A stretch of DNA of 64,000 bases from Octopus sinensis. Taxonomy: Eukaryota. The DNA lies in contig NC_043000.1 of assembly GCF_006345805.1 (NCBI RefSeq), positions 42,408,001 through 42,472,000 of the forward strand. The letters are read 5' to 3'. The notes under the pieces are model-generated. The model saw only the letters and a program-made list of their open reading frames with translations, did not search any database and was not told the DNA's origin. Positions 38,201 to 51,431 of the stretch are shown here, in pieces. The translations under genes were made by a program, and so were the position numbers. Each line of letters starts with the position of its first letter. The first letter of the stretch is position 1.

Positions 38201-38824
38201 ACATATATTTATACATACAAATAAATATATACATTCATGTATACGCACTCACATACATATATACATATATATACAAATAAATAAATACACACATGTACAC
38301 ACACATACACGCATACGCACAAACACACACGGACCCACACACAGGCATACACACACAAACACACACACATATATGTATTACATATTGTATAACTGCGTGT
38401 GTGTTATTTGTACAGTAAGAGCTGAAGTGAGAGTTAAAGAATGACAAAATCAATACATTTTATAAGCCTTAAGCAGAGTAACTATTGTATGCTTCATGCA
38501 TGTTGTTGTTTAGCCACGTAATGAATAGAAAACTAATTAGCATTAATGAATATTCCTATTAAGAAATGGTAAGGCAGTAAACACCAGAATCTATATTGAT
38601 TAGAAATTGAATTGACGTTAATGTTGCCGTTGTTGTTGCTATCGTGGTTGTCACCGTTGCTTCTATTGTTGATAAATTTCAGGTCAACATTGATCGAAGA
38701 TCCATACGATCAAAGTTGTTCCAGGCAATTATGATTTGCAGACCTTCCAGAGAACAGTGAGATCGACACGGGTAATGATCCTTACAGAAAGCTGAAAGCC
38801 GATGGCGGCACAACTAAATCTCTC

Positions 38825-39215
38825 TCTATATAAAGCTGAAATTGTCTGTGTATGGCAGGTTTGGCAGTCTTTAACTAACACTATCTCCTCCGAGACCCTG
38901 CGGCGCACGATGACCAAAATTGAGAGTATGATAGAAGAAGACTTGCTCTTCCTTCCGTAGAAGAAAGACTTCAAATCGGACCATGTTAACACCAAATAGT
39001 ATTTAGATCAAAAAGGTGCTTTTTTTCTATGAAAATCCCTATTTTTTACGATTTTTTGACTGCTGTGTCACCATTTTTCGGTGTATTTCAACTAGAAAAA
39101 TGTTCACTTAAAGAGAATAACAAGATACTGTACATAATGCAAAACTTTTACGTTTCAAAATTTCCAATTCTAAAGGGTCGAAACAAACCCGAGCAACGCC
39201 GAGCGATACTGCTAG
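38825..39215 (+). mobile_element. Complete non-autonomous Helitron (~390 bp)
   Basis: 5' TCTATATAAAGCTGAAATTGTCTGTG; 3' CCCGAGCAACGCCGAGCG imperfect hairpin followed by ACTGCTAG|T. Confidence 0.8.
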
Positions 39216-39612
39216 TTTTAAAATAAAGACAATGAATTTCAGAGATCTGATGTTATTGGCTATTACTAAAGGACGACAAGAGGAAGATTAAATAATGTGT
39301 CAGAAGCAGTTGATTGAGTGGAAATGGAACGAGATCAGTCGGCTCTCAGGGACAGATGTAACCGTAACCCTGGGAGGAAAGATAGAGAGGAAAACAGGAC
39401 GTCTATGGACAGGGGCTGATATACTGATTGGCGATTTCGTGCTAATCAGTCAAGTGGTCTTTCTAGGATGTCTGTGTAAGTGGTAGAAACATTGACAATA
39501 GTATCTCTGTTTTAGTTCTTAAACTTGTTGAATATTAATAGGTACTGAGAGCTAGGCTAGTCATTGAGATGCAATGTTGGAGGTTTCATGTCAACTTGAT
39601 CACGCTACCTTT

Positions 39613-40522
39613 ATTACCTCCGCCAAGGAAGGAGGTTATGTTTTCATTGTCGTTGGTTTGTCCGTCTATCAGTCTGTATGCAAAATAACTCAAAAGTTGT
39701 GAATGGTATTTAACGAAACTTGCAGGAAAAGTTGGTAATGACTCAAGGAATAGATGAAATTTTGGTAGTGAACCGACAATTATTATGGATTCTTGAAGGA
39801 TTTTACATTTGTGATATTGACTATACATGAAATATTAGTTACGTTCTTTGATTATCTCCCTTGAAAACACGTTTATCGTTTGCAAGTAATCTGTGGTGGC
39901 GTTGCTGTTTCCAAAGATTTATTTTCGTTTCTCTATTAGTAATTTTACTCGCGTATCTATGGACTCTTGAGGGATGATTGATACTATAGTGAACACATAG
40001 GGATGTAAAGTTGGTAGGTAGGTTTAGTTTCGTAAGTAGACAGATACCTCTTTTATCTTTGCCAAGGAATCATCTGACCATCGTCCTTGGTGTATTTCAA
40101 CGTGGATCTCCTTGATTCCCCTAACCATGAGATCTTGACAACTATTAACTAGTCTGTGTTCGATCAACGAGTCCAAAAACCCACCATCGACTATGGAAAC
40201 ATGCTAGATCATGTTTACGTGAACCAGGATCGACGTTCACAAGTCACCGTAACCGACTGTTACTTTTCCGACCATGATGTTGTGTGTGTATCACTCAAAC
40301 TAACTTGCTGTTGTCATTGAGGTATTATAACTGTTTTAGATGATTTCTGTTTTTAAAGTGTTTAAGAAAAAAAAAAATCATATAGCTGTGTTATTTTTTT
40401 AACCCCGACAAGGAGGTTATGATTTTGCCTGCGTTGGTTTGGGAAATTGAGCGATTTTCAGCATGCGTGTATATGGGTGAAAATGAGCTGCTTGGCAGAG
40501 GTCTGCGCTCTCCGAGTGCTTT
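39613..40522 (+). mobile_element. Helentron (Helitron2) deletion derivative retaining APE endonuclease C-terminus
   Basis: 5' ATTACCTCCGCCAAGG...GGAGGTTATG. 3' subTIR CTTGGCAGAGGT (40491-40502) plus hairpin GCGCTC TCC GAGTGC then TTTT. 40074-40303 gives IVLG(D)FNVDLL...KPTIDYGNMLDHVYVN...DCYFSDHDVV with one frameshift and one stop. Confidence 0.78.
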
Positions 40523-41859
40523 TCGAGTTTCTTTTAATGTTTTTAGTGTAGCTTATCTTATATCTAGAACAACTGCATGAATTCATTTATTGTACCGACC
40601 TCGTCTTTATTTCGAAGTTGTTAAAGCTGCAGTTTGAGCCGACTGCGTTGCTATTTCTAGCAGGTTGAACAGTACAGATTTTTCGTTAACTCACTTTGTA
40701 TTAGTCGATGTTGCTGTAGATATTATTTAAATACAATAAGGCATCGAAATAGTAGAACTATTAGCACTCCGAATAAAATGCCTAGCGGCGTTTCGTCCGT
40801 CTTTACGTTCTAAATTCAAATTTGATAAAATAAGTATCGGTCAAGTATTGGGATAGATGCAATCTCGAATAATTTCTTCTGCCAAAATTTCAGGCATTGT
40901 GCCTATAGTAAAAAAAAGATATAATTTAATACGATTATATAATGTTGAGGATGGCACGATGAGACAAAACCTTTCCATCTCAATAAGGTATGCTCTAACG
41001 TTTCAAAACTTTCGACAGAAAACTTCATTGAAGCCATGCACGCATTAAATTAAACACTGCTCTCTATATGAAATCTTTAAAGAGTTTTGTTAGAGGAAGA
41101 GATGAGGCAACGATCCTTTTCAGAACATGTGAGATGGCTAAGAGGAAATTAATCCTTAAAACTGTCATCTGTTTGGAATATTTGCAGTAGAGTAGAATGA
41201 AGACGCTCAGGAGGTGGTGTTAAATAGGGTAAATAAAATAAATCTACCGTCCAAGACGAGTAACTGTCTTCTGATGGCCATCCACACAGACTCTGACAAC
41301 AAGTTTTATTCTCAATGATTAGATCAGCACATGAGGCTATGGCAGAAAACTCTTGATCAAAATACTGCTCTGTAGAATCGAAACCAAAACTACAGAATTA
41401 CCAAGCGAAGTGTCTAAGTACTCAGATACGTCTGCGTCGAATATACCGTTTAATCAAAAGGGGAACCTTTAAAGTAGTATGATGAACGTTGTTCTCAGTG
41501 GTTCGAGAAATTTAGTCCAGTAGAGTGTAAAGTTCATTCTGATATTATGGCTTCCACACTGATAGATTGAAGGCGAGACGGGAAATATAAGACAAACATT
41601 CAGGAGAAAAAAATATGGTGCGTTAGAAAATGATGGAATTTAGCTCACTAAGGCGTAAAATAGAGATGACAGGCTACCATAGATAAGAGTATATTTTTCC
41701 TTTGGGAGTAGAAAGACTTTAAAGAGAATAAACACACGAAAATTGTTATAGATAAACACACTACCATATTTACAAATATACATACTATAAAATACTTGTG
41801 CACATGCATAAGACACATATCTACATTTCTACTGAGATCTGCCCCGGCAAAGAGGTACA

Positions 41860-41874
41860 TGCATCATACACGCA

Positions 41875-41944
<70 letters not shown>

Positions 41945-42156
41945 TATATGTATGTATGTATATGTGTGCGTGTGTGTGTGTGCAAACATACGAGCAGACA
42001 TACACACCTATTCGCACATAACTTGATAAAATGTGCACATAGGCGCACAAACACATTGATATACATTTGTGTGTATGTATATATATGCATATTATACAAC
42101 ATATGTATAATGTATAGCAAATATAAACATATAGAGACAGATACATACATATCTGA

Positions 42157-42208
<52 letters not shown>

Positions 42209-42261
42209 TTGTGTGTGTATGTATACGTGCATGTATATATGTATGTATGTATCTATATGTA

Positions 42262-42316
<55 letters not shown>

Positions 42317-44252
42317 TGAAACAAACGAACATATGAATATATATTAATCTGTATGTGCATATGTGTGTATGGTGCATGTGACTGCCTGAAGAATAAATAC
42401 ATATATATATATATACATACACACACCCATACACACTGACACACACGTGCACACAAACACACACACACACACATACACGCATACACACACTCAGTCACTC
42501 ACACACAATTATATATCCAGACATACTGACATACAAATTCTGTAACAATATATAGATTTAACGTTACAAGCACACACGTAGAAACACACAGAGAAGCACA
42601 TATTTGGAAGTAAGTATTTATACAAAAGGAATCTTAGGCAAACCGAACCAGGCATCGGTTAAAAAAACCAAAATCATATACATACATACATACATACATA
42701 CATACATACATACATACATACATACATACATACATACATACATACATACATACCCGCACACACACATATGTATCTGTAAGCATAACGTATATATACGCAT
42801 ACACTAACATATATTTAAATTATATACTCACAAAGAGAAACGCCCATGGAGACTATCACTTATGGAGATATTGGAAGTGTGTACACAAACTTTGACGTAA
42901 GTACAAACACTGAAACACATTACTACAGAGAAGTGAATACACATATACACACGCGCGCTCACACACACACACACACATGCATACATACACATAGACATAC
43001 ACACACGCACATCCTTATGCATACATATTGCAACCAGTCACACGCTTGGTAAACAAAAATGTCTGCTTATTGAAACCGCAAATATATTTGTACACTCACA
43101 AAGTTACACAAATCCCTCAACATACACACCTACATACATTCATATATACATACATACATGCGTAATACCTGCATACATATATGTATGGACGTATATACAC
43201 GTCTACATTTATAGTATATATGCATACATTCACACACATACATATGTACATATATAAACACACACATATATATATAATATTTACACATACATATGTGTAT
43301 AGACACAAAATATGTGTATATACACTCACTGGTAAAAAAAATTGTCTGCATATTGAAACGGCAAACGTATTTGTACACTCACAAAGTCACATAAACCCCT
43401 AAACATACACACATACATACATACATACATACATACACAGATACATATATACATACATATATACATGCATGCATACATGCATGCATACATACATACATAC
43501 ACACATACATACATACATACATACATACATACATACATACATAATTCCTGTATACATATATATATATGTACGTACATATCTGTTTACGTATATACAATAT
43601 AAACACAATTTCACAAACACACACACATATATATTTACACATAAAAACGTGTATACATGTAACATATGTGTATATATTCTCATATGTATAGATATATACA
43701 TACACATATACACACACGCACGTACACACACGCAGACAAACACACACATATATATTTATAAAACAAATGCATAACAACATATATACAAAAATACATACAT
43801 GTAAACCCATATTTTCAGATTTTAGGCATACATATACAATTTCGATGTATTTGTATTTATTATAATAGATCGATAAATTGAATTGAATTTACACAAACAT
43901 ACTTAAAAATACACACAAGTGCACATAGTAACGCACTTATTGACACACACACACACATATGTGTGTGTGTATATATATATATATAAAAGCACACAAGATC
44001 ACATACATGCTCACATGTTCTCGTGTATGTCTTCACACATTCAATGCTTTCATAACACCAGAACTAAAATCCAATAAACCGAATTGAATTAGTAGATGCA
44101 CACACGAGATGGTAATGCGCAGAGATAACACGCCGACAAATCACTAACTTTTTAAGTACACACCTACATCAAACCATCACATGGTATATACATACACTCA
44201 GTGATTCCCATACACGCACACACATAAACAGACACACACGTATATACAGAGA

Positions 44253-44321
<69 letters not shown>

Positions 44322-44850
44322 GTCTTATTCATACTGATACAATTCATATATCTATACATACTTATACAGTTATATATTTTAAAATCAGTCACACACGCAC
44401 ACAAACACACATCCACGCGCACACATACAGACATGCATAATTATATCCATTTATTTACACATATCTATATGAGTAACTTTATCTCTCCCTCTGTTTGTCA
44501 AACAGTCTGTCTGTCTGTCTGTCCATCTGTCTGTCTCTTCTGTTTATCTGCCTGTTTTCCTGCCTGTCTGTATATGTATGTATCTGTCTATCGAAGTATC
44601 TTCACATACAGTTATATACTTTCCCTATTCACTCGCGAACCTGCGCGTGCGCACATGCAAACACGCTCAAATATGCATATATAGACACGTATTATTTGTA
44701 TGTATATAGATTGTTATACGTTTATTCATATATAAATGTGTGCATGTATGTTTACAAAAATATGTACTTGTTGTAAGTGTGCATGTGTATTCGTGTAAGC
44801 GTACGCGTATGTGTGTGCGTGTGTGTACGAGTGTGCATGTGTGTGTGTGT
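41860..44850. repeat. 3-kb low-complexity CA/TA/CATA block, including an 80-bp direct repeat at 43049 and 43331
   Basis: Direct reading. Confidence 0.9.
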
Positions 44851-45135
44851 GTATACGCGCGCATGCGCGTTCAAATTCATTTCTCCAACATCCCTACCCC
44901 TTTCTAACTTCCTTCCAAGAACCACTTACAATTGGTAGGACGATTTTCAAAATGTTTACTGAACTACAAGAAATTGCAATAGTTCGCTTGTATTTCAAAT
45001 AATTTCCGCTTGGTTGATATATGCCAACATAGCTGGTTGATAAAAATGAACTAAAATAACATCTGAAAATCATCGTCTACGAACATAAATATTTAAAGAG
45101 TCAGACATTTTTAAATGTATTTTCCCCTTGGTTAC

Positions 45136-45193
45136 CAGTAGCCCAACTTCTCCCACCAGCACGAATAGCCACTTCTAGCCTTGTATGTAAAAA
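45136..45193 (-). CDS. Candidate 58-nt exon
   Basis: Acceptor tatatttttttctgtttctag, donor CTG|GTAACC, locally GC-richer. Two open frames: FLHTRLEVAIRAGGRSWAT or FTYKARSGYSCWWEKLGY. Confidence 0.28.
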
Positions 45194-45629
45194 CTAGAAA
45201 CAGAAAAAAATATACACAGGAAAATTAGATAAATTTTCATTTTTTTTTTTTGTTGTTGTTGTTAGCATTGTGAGAAAATGTGCGTTGTTGTTCTCTTGTT
45301 CGAAGGAAAGAAAATGAAAAGAAAAGAAAAGAACGTATGATTATGACACAAGAAGTCAAAGAAAAGATGGCGATTAAGTTTATACGATGCATTAGAACTG
45401 ACGACTCACTCTCTTTGTGTGTGTGTGTGTGTGTGTGCATAAATATATATATATATATATGTATGTCTATATATATACATACATTTATACATACATAAAC
45501 ATGTGTACACGAATGTACACACACACACTCACATATATACCTATAGATGTATATACATTAATATGGGTGTTGGATGCGTGAGTGTGTGCGTAGATATATT
45601 CACTTCATCTTGACAGATGTTAGCCATCT

Positions 45630-46140
45630 CAATTAACCTACATCGTCCCGAGAATCTTCATTACATCTGTGTGCACTGAGATGATTCGTAAGATCAACAA
45701 CTGATCTAAAATGCTTCAAACATATATGACAGAAAAGTATGAAAATTTTTGCAGGGTTTATATAGCTTAGCTGGCGTATGCTAATCTCATATAATTTCAT
45801 GCGCCTTTTCGGCACAACAGATTTTTCCGCATACTACTCTGGGCTTGTAACCATATAAATGGTTACAAGGGATGATCCTCTTCATGAATTTGGCGTGTCG
45901 TGCCTTGGAATATGTAATTTGGAAAATGTTAAGAAATAGCGAGATGTCATCTATTTATGAATAGTTGTTGCTGGATAGAGTGGAAAGTAAGTCGTTGATG
46001 TGGGGACAAAACTGAATGCTGGAGTGCACCGGAAACCGTAGAATGAGGAAGAGAAAGATTTCCGTTAACAAAGGTGACAATAATGCTTATAGGATGCAAC
46101 AGATGGAAAAGCAGACAAACGGGTAGAGGAGACATATAGG
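45630..46140 (-). mobile_element. LINE reverse-transcriptase relic (CR1/L2/Jockey-like)
   Basis: ISIIVTFVNGNLSLPHSTVSGALQHSVLSP (cf. SGVPQGSVLSP) and IDDISLF (YADD-like). Confidence 0.6.
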
Positions 46141-46217
46141 CAGGAAAATTTGATAGGGTGTTCGAATGTTGAATACAGACAAAAACTTATTTTTGTTGTT
46201 GCTGAAATTCTTATTGT

Positions 46218-46441
46218 TATTTCCCATAAGGGGCTAAACATAGAGGGGACTAACAAGGACAGACAAGGGGATTAAGTCGATTACATCGACCCCAGTGCGT
46301 AACTAGTAGTTAATTTATCGATCCAGAAAGGATGAAAGGCAAAGTCGACCTCGGCGGAATTTGAACTCAGAACGTATCGGCAAACAAAATACCACTAAAC
46401 ACCTCGCCCGGCGTGCTAACGTTTCTGTCAGCTCACCCGCC
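46218..46441 (-). mobile_element. OR-like SINE with imperfect ~17-bp TSD
   Basis: Same family as 14140; flanks CTGAAATTCTTATTGTT and CTGAAATTTTAATTGTT. Confidence 0.88.
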
Positions 46442-47322
46442 TGAAATTTTAATTGTTGTTTAAGCCAGGCATCCCTGATCCAGCACTGAGTTGAAGTTTT
46501 CTTTCTCAAACTTTGTTATTTTAGGTCGAAATATCACATACATGAAACCTATACTTCATTACCAATGATTTTGCAATGGACTTCATGACTAGACACAATA
46601 TCGGCATACTGAAGTGTAGGGATACGGATGATAAATTGTATACAACTGAGTTTCTGGAGTTTATATCAATTCTTTTAAGAGAACCAACGAAGAAATACTT
46701 TACTTGGTCATACCACTTGCAAAAAATAGACAAATCTCTTTAAAACAATGCACTCTACTCTTAAAGAAAAGTTGGCTCATATTCTACAATGTAGGTCAAG
46801 ATATACAAAAAGACACGAGGATCATAGTTGGAACGCCTTCGATAATAGGTGTCTTTGATTATAGCTGATCTTAGGCTAAATGTGAACAATAATAGATATT
46901 TGACTGGATCACATACAAATTAATCTCTGCATTCGCCACATTATATATTGTCAATCCTACCCAGAGATTGCTATATAATAAAAGTAGTGAGTAACGATTC
47001 GGTTATGTTTCAATCATTCAGACATTTTGTTTGAAATATTCGACAATAGTCTCAACGTCTGGGGGAAAGAAAATTCTAAATAAAGTCTAAATAGATATCG
47101 TATTTTATTTTTTGAACAACTAGCTGAGTACCCCACTCCTTCCAATAAATATCACAGACTAAACACAAAAATACGAAACCAAATTATGATAGAGTAACAA
47201 AAAACTTCACGTAAAATGATTTGTGATGCTGCATAGTTTTTCCAATCACACACACCCACACGCGTACATGTGTGTGTGTGGGTAATGTATACATATGAGT
47301 ATATATATGCATGCATCTATCT

Positions 47323-47373
<51 letters not shown>

Positions 47374-47982
47374 CACACACACACACACACATATATATAT
47401 ATGTATGTATGTGTGTGTATACATCACACACACACATATGAGTTCATTAGATTTATATGAACAAATAATAGAATATTTCTCCACCAGTTTTTAATAGATT
47501 TTGTTCTAGAAATGAACCATACATTTATATGATTATATGCGAGTATTGTATATATAAATATATGTATGCATGTATAAATGTAGACATGTATGAATCTATA
47601 TACGTATGTGGTAAGTAGGCTTACATGTATGTATGTTCATCTATGTTTCCTTTTTTTCCGTATTCTCTTATTTTTAAATGCTTTATATAACAAAATGACT
47701 GATATTCCTGGAAGACAGAAACAAAATTTTATCATTGGTAATTAGACAGTAACAGTATTGCGTTAAATGCTAAGCGTTCAAAAATGAAAAGGGAAAATGT
47801 TGCATAATTTTTATAGTTCGACTTACTGATCACATTTGTATGCCTACTATATATGTTTTTGAATAGGTTCTACATAATTAACATATTTGCTTGAAAATCT
47901 CAATGTAAATGTTTATAAGTATATATATAAGAATATATTGTGCTAATGATAAGGAGCGCATATGTACCTATACACACACACA

Positions 47983-48041
<59 letters not shown>

Positions 48042-48070
48042 CATATGTAGATAAATAGATAGATAGATAG

Positions 48071-48395
48071 ATTTTTTACTTATTTCAGTCATTAGACTGT
48101 GGTCATGCTGCGCACCGGTTTGAAGAATTTCAGTACTGTCTTTTAAAGTACTGGTACTTATTCTATCGGTCACTATTATGTCCAGCCGTTAACAGACCAA
48201 CACCGGTTGTCAAGCGATGGTGGGGGACAAGCACAAAGACACACACTCATTATATATATATATATATATATATGTACAACGTGCGTCCTTCCGTTTCCGT
48301 CGACGAAATTAACTCACAACTGCTTGACTGACCCTCGTCTATAGCAGAAGACACTTGTTTAAGGAGTAACGCAGTGGGACTGAAGCTGAAACTGT
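48071..48395 (-). mobile_element. SINE: head, internal (TA)n, tail
   Basis: Tail 48071-48245, (TA)n, head 48278-48395 (AGAAGACACTTG...GCAGTGGGACTGAA). Confidence 0.8.
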
Positions 48396-48739
48396 GCTAG
48401 ACTTGTACAATGAACGATGTAACAGACGTACCCTTTACCCCGGAATTGCTGGCCTTGTGCCAAAATACGAAATCAATATTAACGAATGTAATAATACAAA
48501 GAACAAAACCATCATAGACCAAGAAGCTATTAGCAAATTCAAAATGACAAGAATTAAGAGAAATCAGAACAATGGGAACTTTGGCTATAAAAGATTCACA
48601 GAAAAGAAGAATATGAAACATATCTTCCCATCATCAACTGGGAAACGAATATCTCTAATATCTGGGCATTACCAAGCTAACGCTGTAAATAGTGTTAAAT
48701 ATATATTTATGTGTGTGTATATATATAATTATATATTCA

Positions 48740-48771
<32 letters not shown>

Positions 48772-49273
48772 TATATATATATATATATATATACCTCATA
48801 GTCTCCTAAGAATTTAGTGATTCCTCTACACTGACCTAAATCTTTTGTCACCACATAAATAATTTGACCCTTTGTTCTAGTTGACAATCTGTTCGTCTTT
48901 TACATCTCCTGAATTTTTTCCCTTTCTTTTCTTCAGCTAACTTGATTTCTTAACCTGTCCTTACCCCCATTCTTATAACTAAGGAAATTTTCTTACAACA
49001 GTCAGTTGTGAACGAAGTTTTCGTCAGGTTGGCATCCTAACTACAATATCTCATGTTCCTGAGATTCATATCTACATCTTTATCTGTATATTTACCATCC
49101 CTAAGATGTTATTAATTGATCTGAGAACTTTATATTATTGGAAAACCTATATAAAATTAGCTGAAGATTACTCGGCATATTAAATGTGCTGTAATATTTA
49201 CAGCTTTTAATAAATGTTGTAGTATGAAACAATTGTACTAAATTACCGGATTCATTCTTGTTGCTTATTTTTG

Positions 49274-49334
<61 letters not shown>

Positions 49335-49336
49335 TC

Positions 49337-49642
49337 ATTCTTTTATTCTTTTACTTGTTTCAGTCATTTGACTGCGGCCATGCTGGAGCACCGCCTTTAG
49401 TTGAACAAATCGACCCAGGACTTATTCTTTGGAACCTTAGTTAGTACTTATTCCATTGGGCTTTTTGCCGAGCCGCTAATTTACGGGAACGTAAACACAC
49501 CAACTTCGGTTGTTAAGCGACGGTGGGTGAGATAACAAACACAGACACACAAACTTATACATATATATATATATATATACTTTGATACTTTGATAGGTTT
49601 CGGCCATTATTGGCCCAGGCCATGTCTAACTTAATAGCACCA

Positions 49643-49685
<43 letters not shown>

Positions 49686-49804
49686 TATTATATATATATA
49701 TACACATATATATATATATGCACTTGCCCAAGGTGCTACGAAGTGGGATTGAACCCGGAACTATCTGTTTGGGAAACAAGCTTGTTACCAAAGCCATGCC
49801 TGCG

Positions 49805-49807
<3 letters not shown>
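49337..49807 (-). mobile_element. SINE: head, internal (TA)n with insert, tail
   Basis: Tail ATTCTTTTACTTGTTTCAGTCATTTGACTGCGGCCATGC at 49337; head CACTTGCCCAAGGTGC...CCATGCCTGCGCCT at 49720-49807. Confidence 0.85.
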
Positions 49808-49871
<64 letters not shown>

Positions 49872-49904
49872 GAATGTATGTATACACATAAATACACACA
49901 CATA

Positions 49905-50715
49905 GTAAAATCTATTTACCAACGTAAATTAGTTGTCGTGATAGTACCATGTTACTACCCTTTTTAGCCCGAAGAAAACCTTTTTTCCAGCTGACTATCG
50001 ACGCACAACTGCGTCCTTATATCTCGAACACTTACTTGCCAGGGTGGATCATTCGGTGAGATTGAGTTGCTGGTTACTATAGAGTCGAAGGCGTGTCTAC
50101 TCCTATGCGGGCATTGGCGTCGCTGCTAAGGCACCCACCGTAGGATCAATCGAGCGGTGTTCAAGAATTGGTACGAATGGGAATGCTTGCGTTTGAGCTA
50201 TTGGATAGTGACCTCCGCCAATACCATCGGACGGTGACCGGTAGTTGGTGAGTTCCAGTAGTGGGTGAGTGCCGCACGCGGATGTCCTAATCAGCACTGC
50301 CAATTTACGTTGGCAAATAGATTTCACTCTGTAGCACTGTTACTACTTACTTCTCACTCAGAGATTTAAAACCGTTTTCTTCTTTACGAGATCAGTGGTT
50401 GTGTGTCACTTTAAAAGTATACACCTCCAACAAGGCCTAGTGCTGCCATCTCTAGCCAACGGTTATCCTGTGATGATGTGGAGAAATAACCCAGAAACCA
50501 CGGTTTGCAGGTGCCGCTTAAGGCTGAGTGGGGGACATTAGCTCCCATGATCGAGGTATAAGGACGCAGTTGGAAAAGATGTTTTCCTGCGGCTAAAAAT
50601 GGTAGTAACATCTTCCTAATCAGGACTGCCAATTTACGTTCGCAAATGGGTTTTAATCTGTAGTAATGTTACTACTTAATTCTCCTTCAGAGATTTGAAA
50701 CTGGTTTCCTCTTTA
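49905..50715. repeat. Three-copy module (one inverted, two direct) around two GC-rich inserts
   Basis: CAATTTACGTTGGCAAATAGATTT-type block on the minus strand at 49905-50030 and the plus strand at 50289-50385 and 50551-50715. Confidence 0.75.
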
Positions 50716-51330
50716 TATGTATATATATGTACACGACAGACTTCCCTATAAAAATCGAAATCCCCTACAAGCTTTTGTGTTGTTAGAATAACTCAATATT
50801 AATGAACTAGTCTTGGTGAAGAAATTTCTGATATACCAGAGTGGACTTTAAGTTAGTGAAGTAAACAACTATACTGAACAACGACAAAGACACAGTTTAT
50901 AATGCTTGACTAATTTATATATGATTTATGAAGGCTTTATCAAATTTTATACTTAGGTCTAATAAAACACTTTGTATATCAAAACATTTTGAAGTTGAAT
51001 TGCGATTGTATTATAATATATTCTTAGATTCATATTAACACGATTTAACACCTTATTGAACTTGTGTTATAGACGTTACTCATGAATATTGTATGAGACG
51101 GTTGACATAGCTCACAATGTCTTTATATTCTGGCAGAAAAATCAGAAAACACTTTTTTACCTTTCAAGACACTAATTATGTACGCTGGTGAGAAACTGAC
51201 AGCGTTTATTTGCGAGAAATATGTCACAAACAAGTCAAAGCAGCCATTTCCGAACGATGTGAATTTACTGATAATAAAAAGAGTAAATAGATTTTTCATT
51301 ACATTATCTGTATTTGCTTTTACCTTTCAG

Positions 51331-51431
51331 AATTTGCTACCGTTTTACCTTAGCCAAAGTATCTCTGACTATCCTTTTCTGGAGTGTCCTATCATTTGTC
51401 TTACAATATGTGCTAAACAGATAGGGAAATG
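51331..51431 (+). other. Candidate 101-nt exon ending in ATG|GTAAGT
   Basis: Acceptor tttgcttttacctttcag, consensus donor. Phase 0 is open (NLLPFYLSQSISDYPFLECPIICLTICAKQIGK); could equally be UTR. Confidence 0.35.

Noticed and set aside
43049-43410. 80-bp direct repeat with minus-strand GTGAGT read as duplicated 16-nt microexons
   Set aside because: Acceptors lie inside TG microsatellite with no pyrimidine tract; most likely slippage duplication.
46545-46743. 66-codon open frame (…MDFMTRHNIGILKCRD…)
   Set aside because: No convincing splice sites and no recognisable motif.
48850-49090. Possible RLE-LINE relic on the minus strand (AEEKKGKKF…GQCRG)
   Set aside because: Too degraded to assign.
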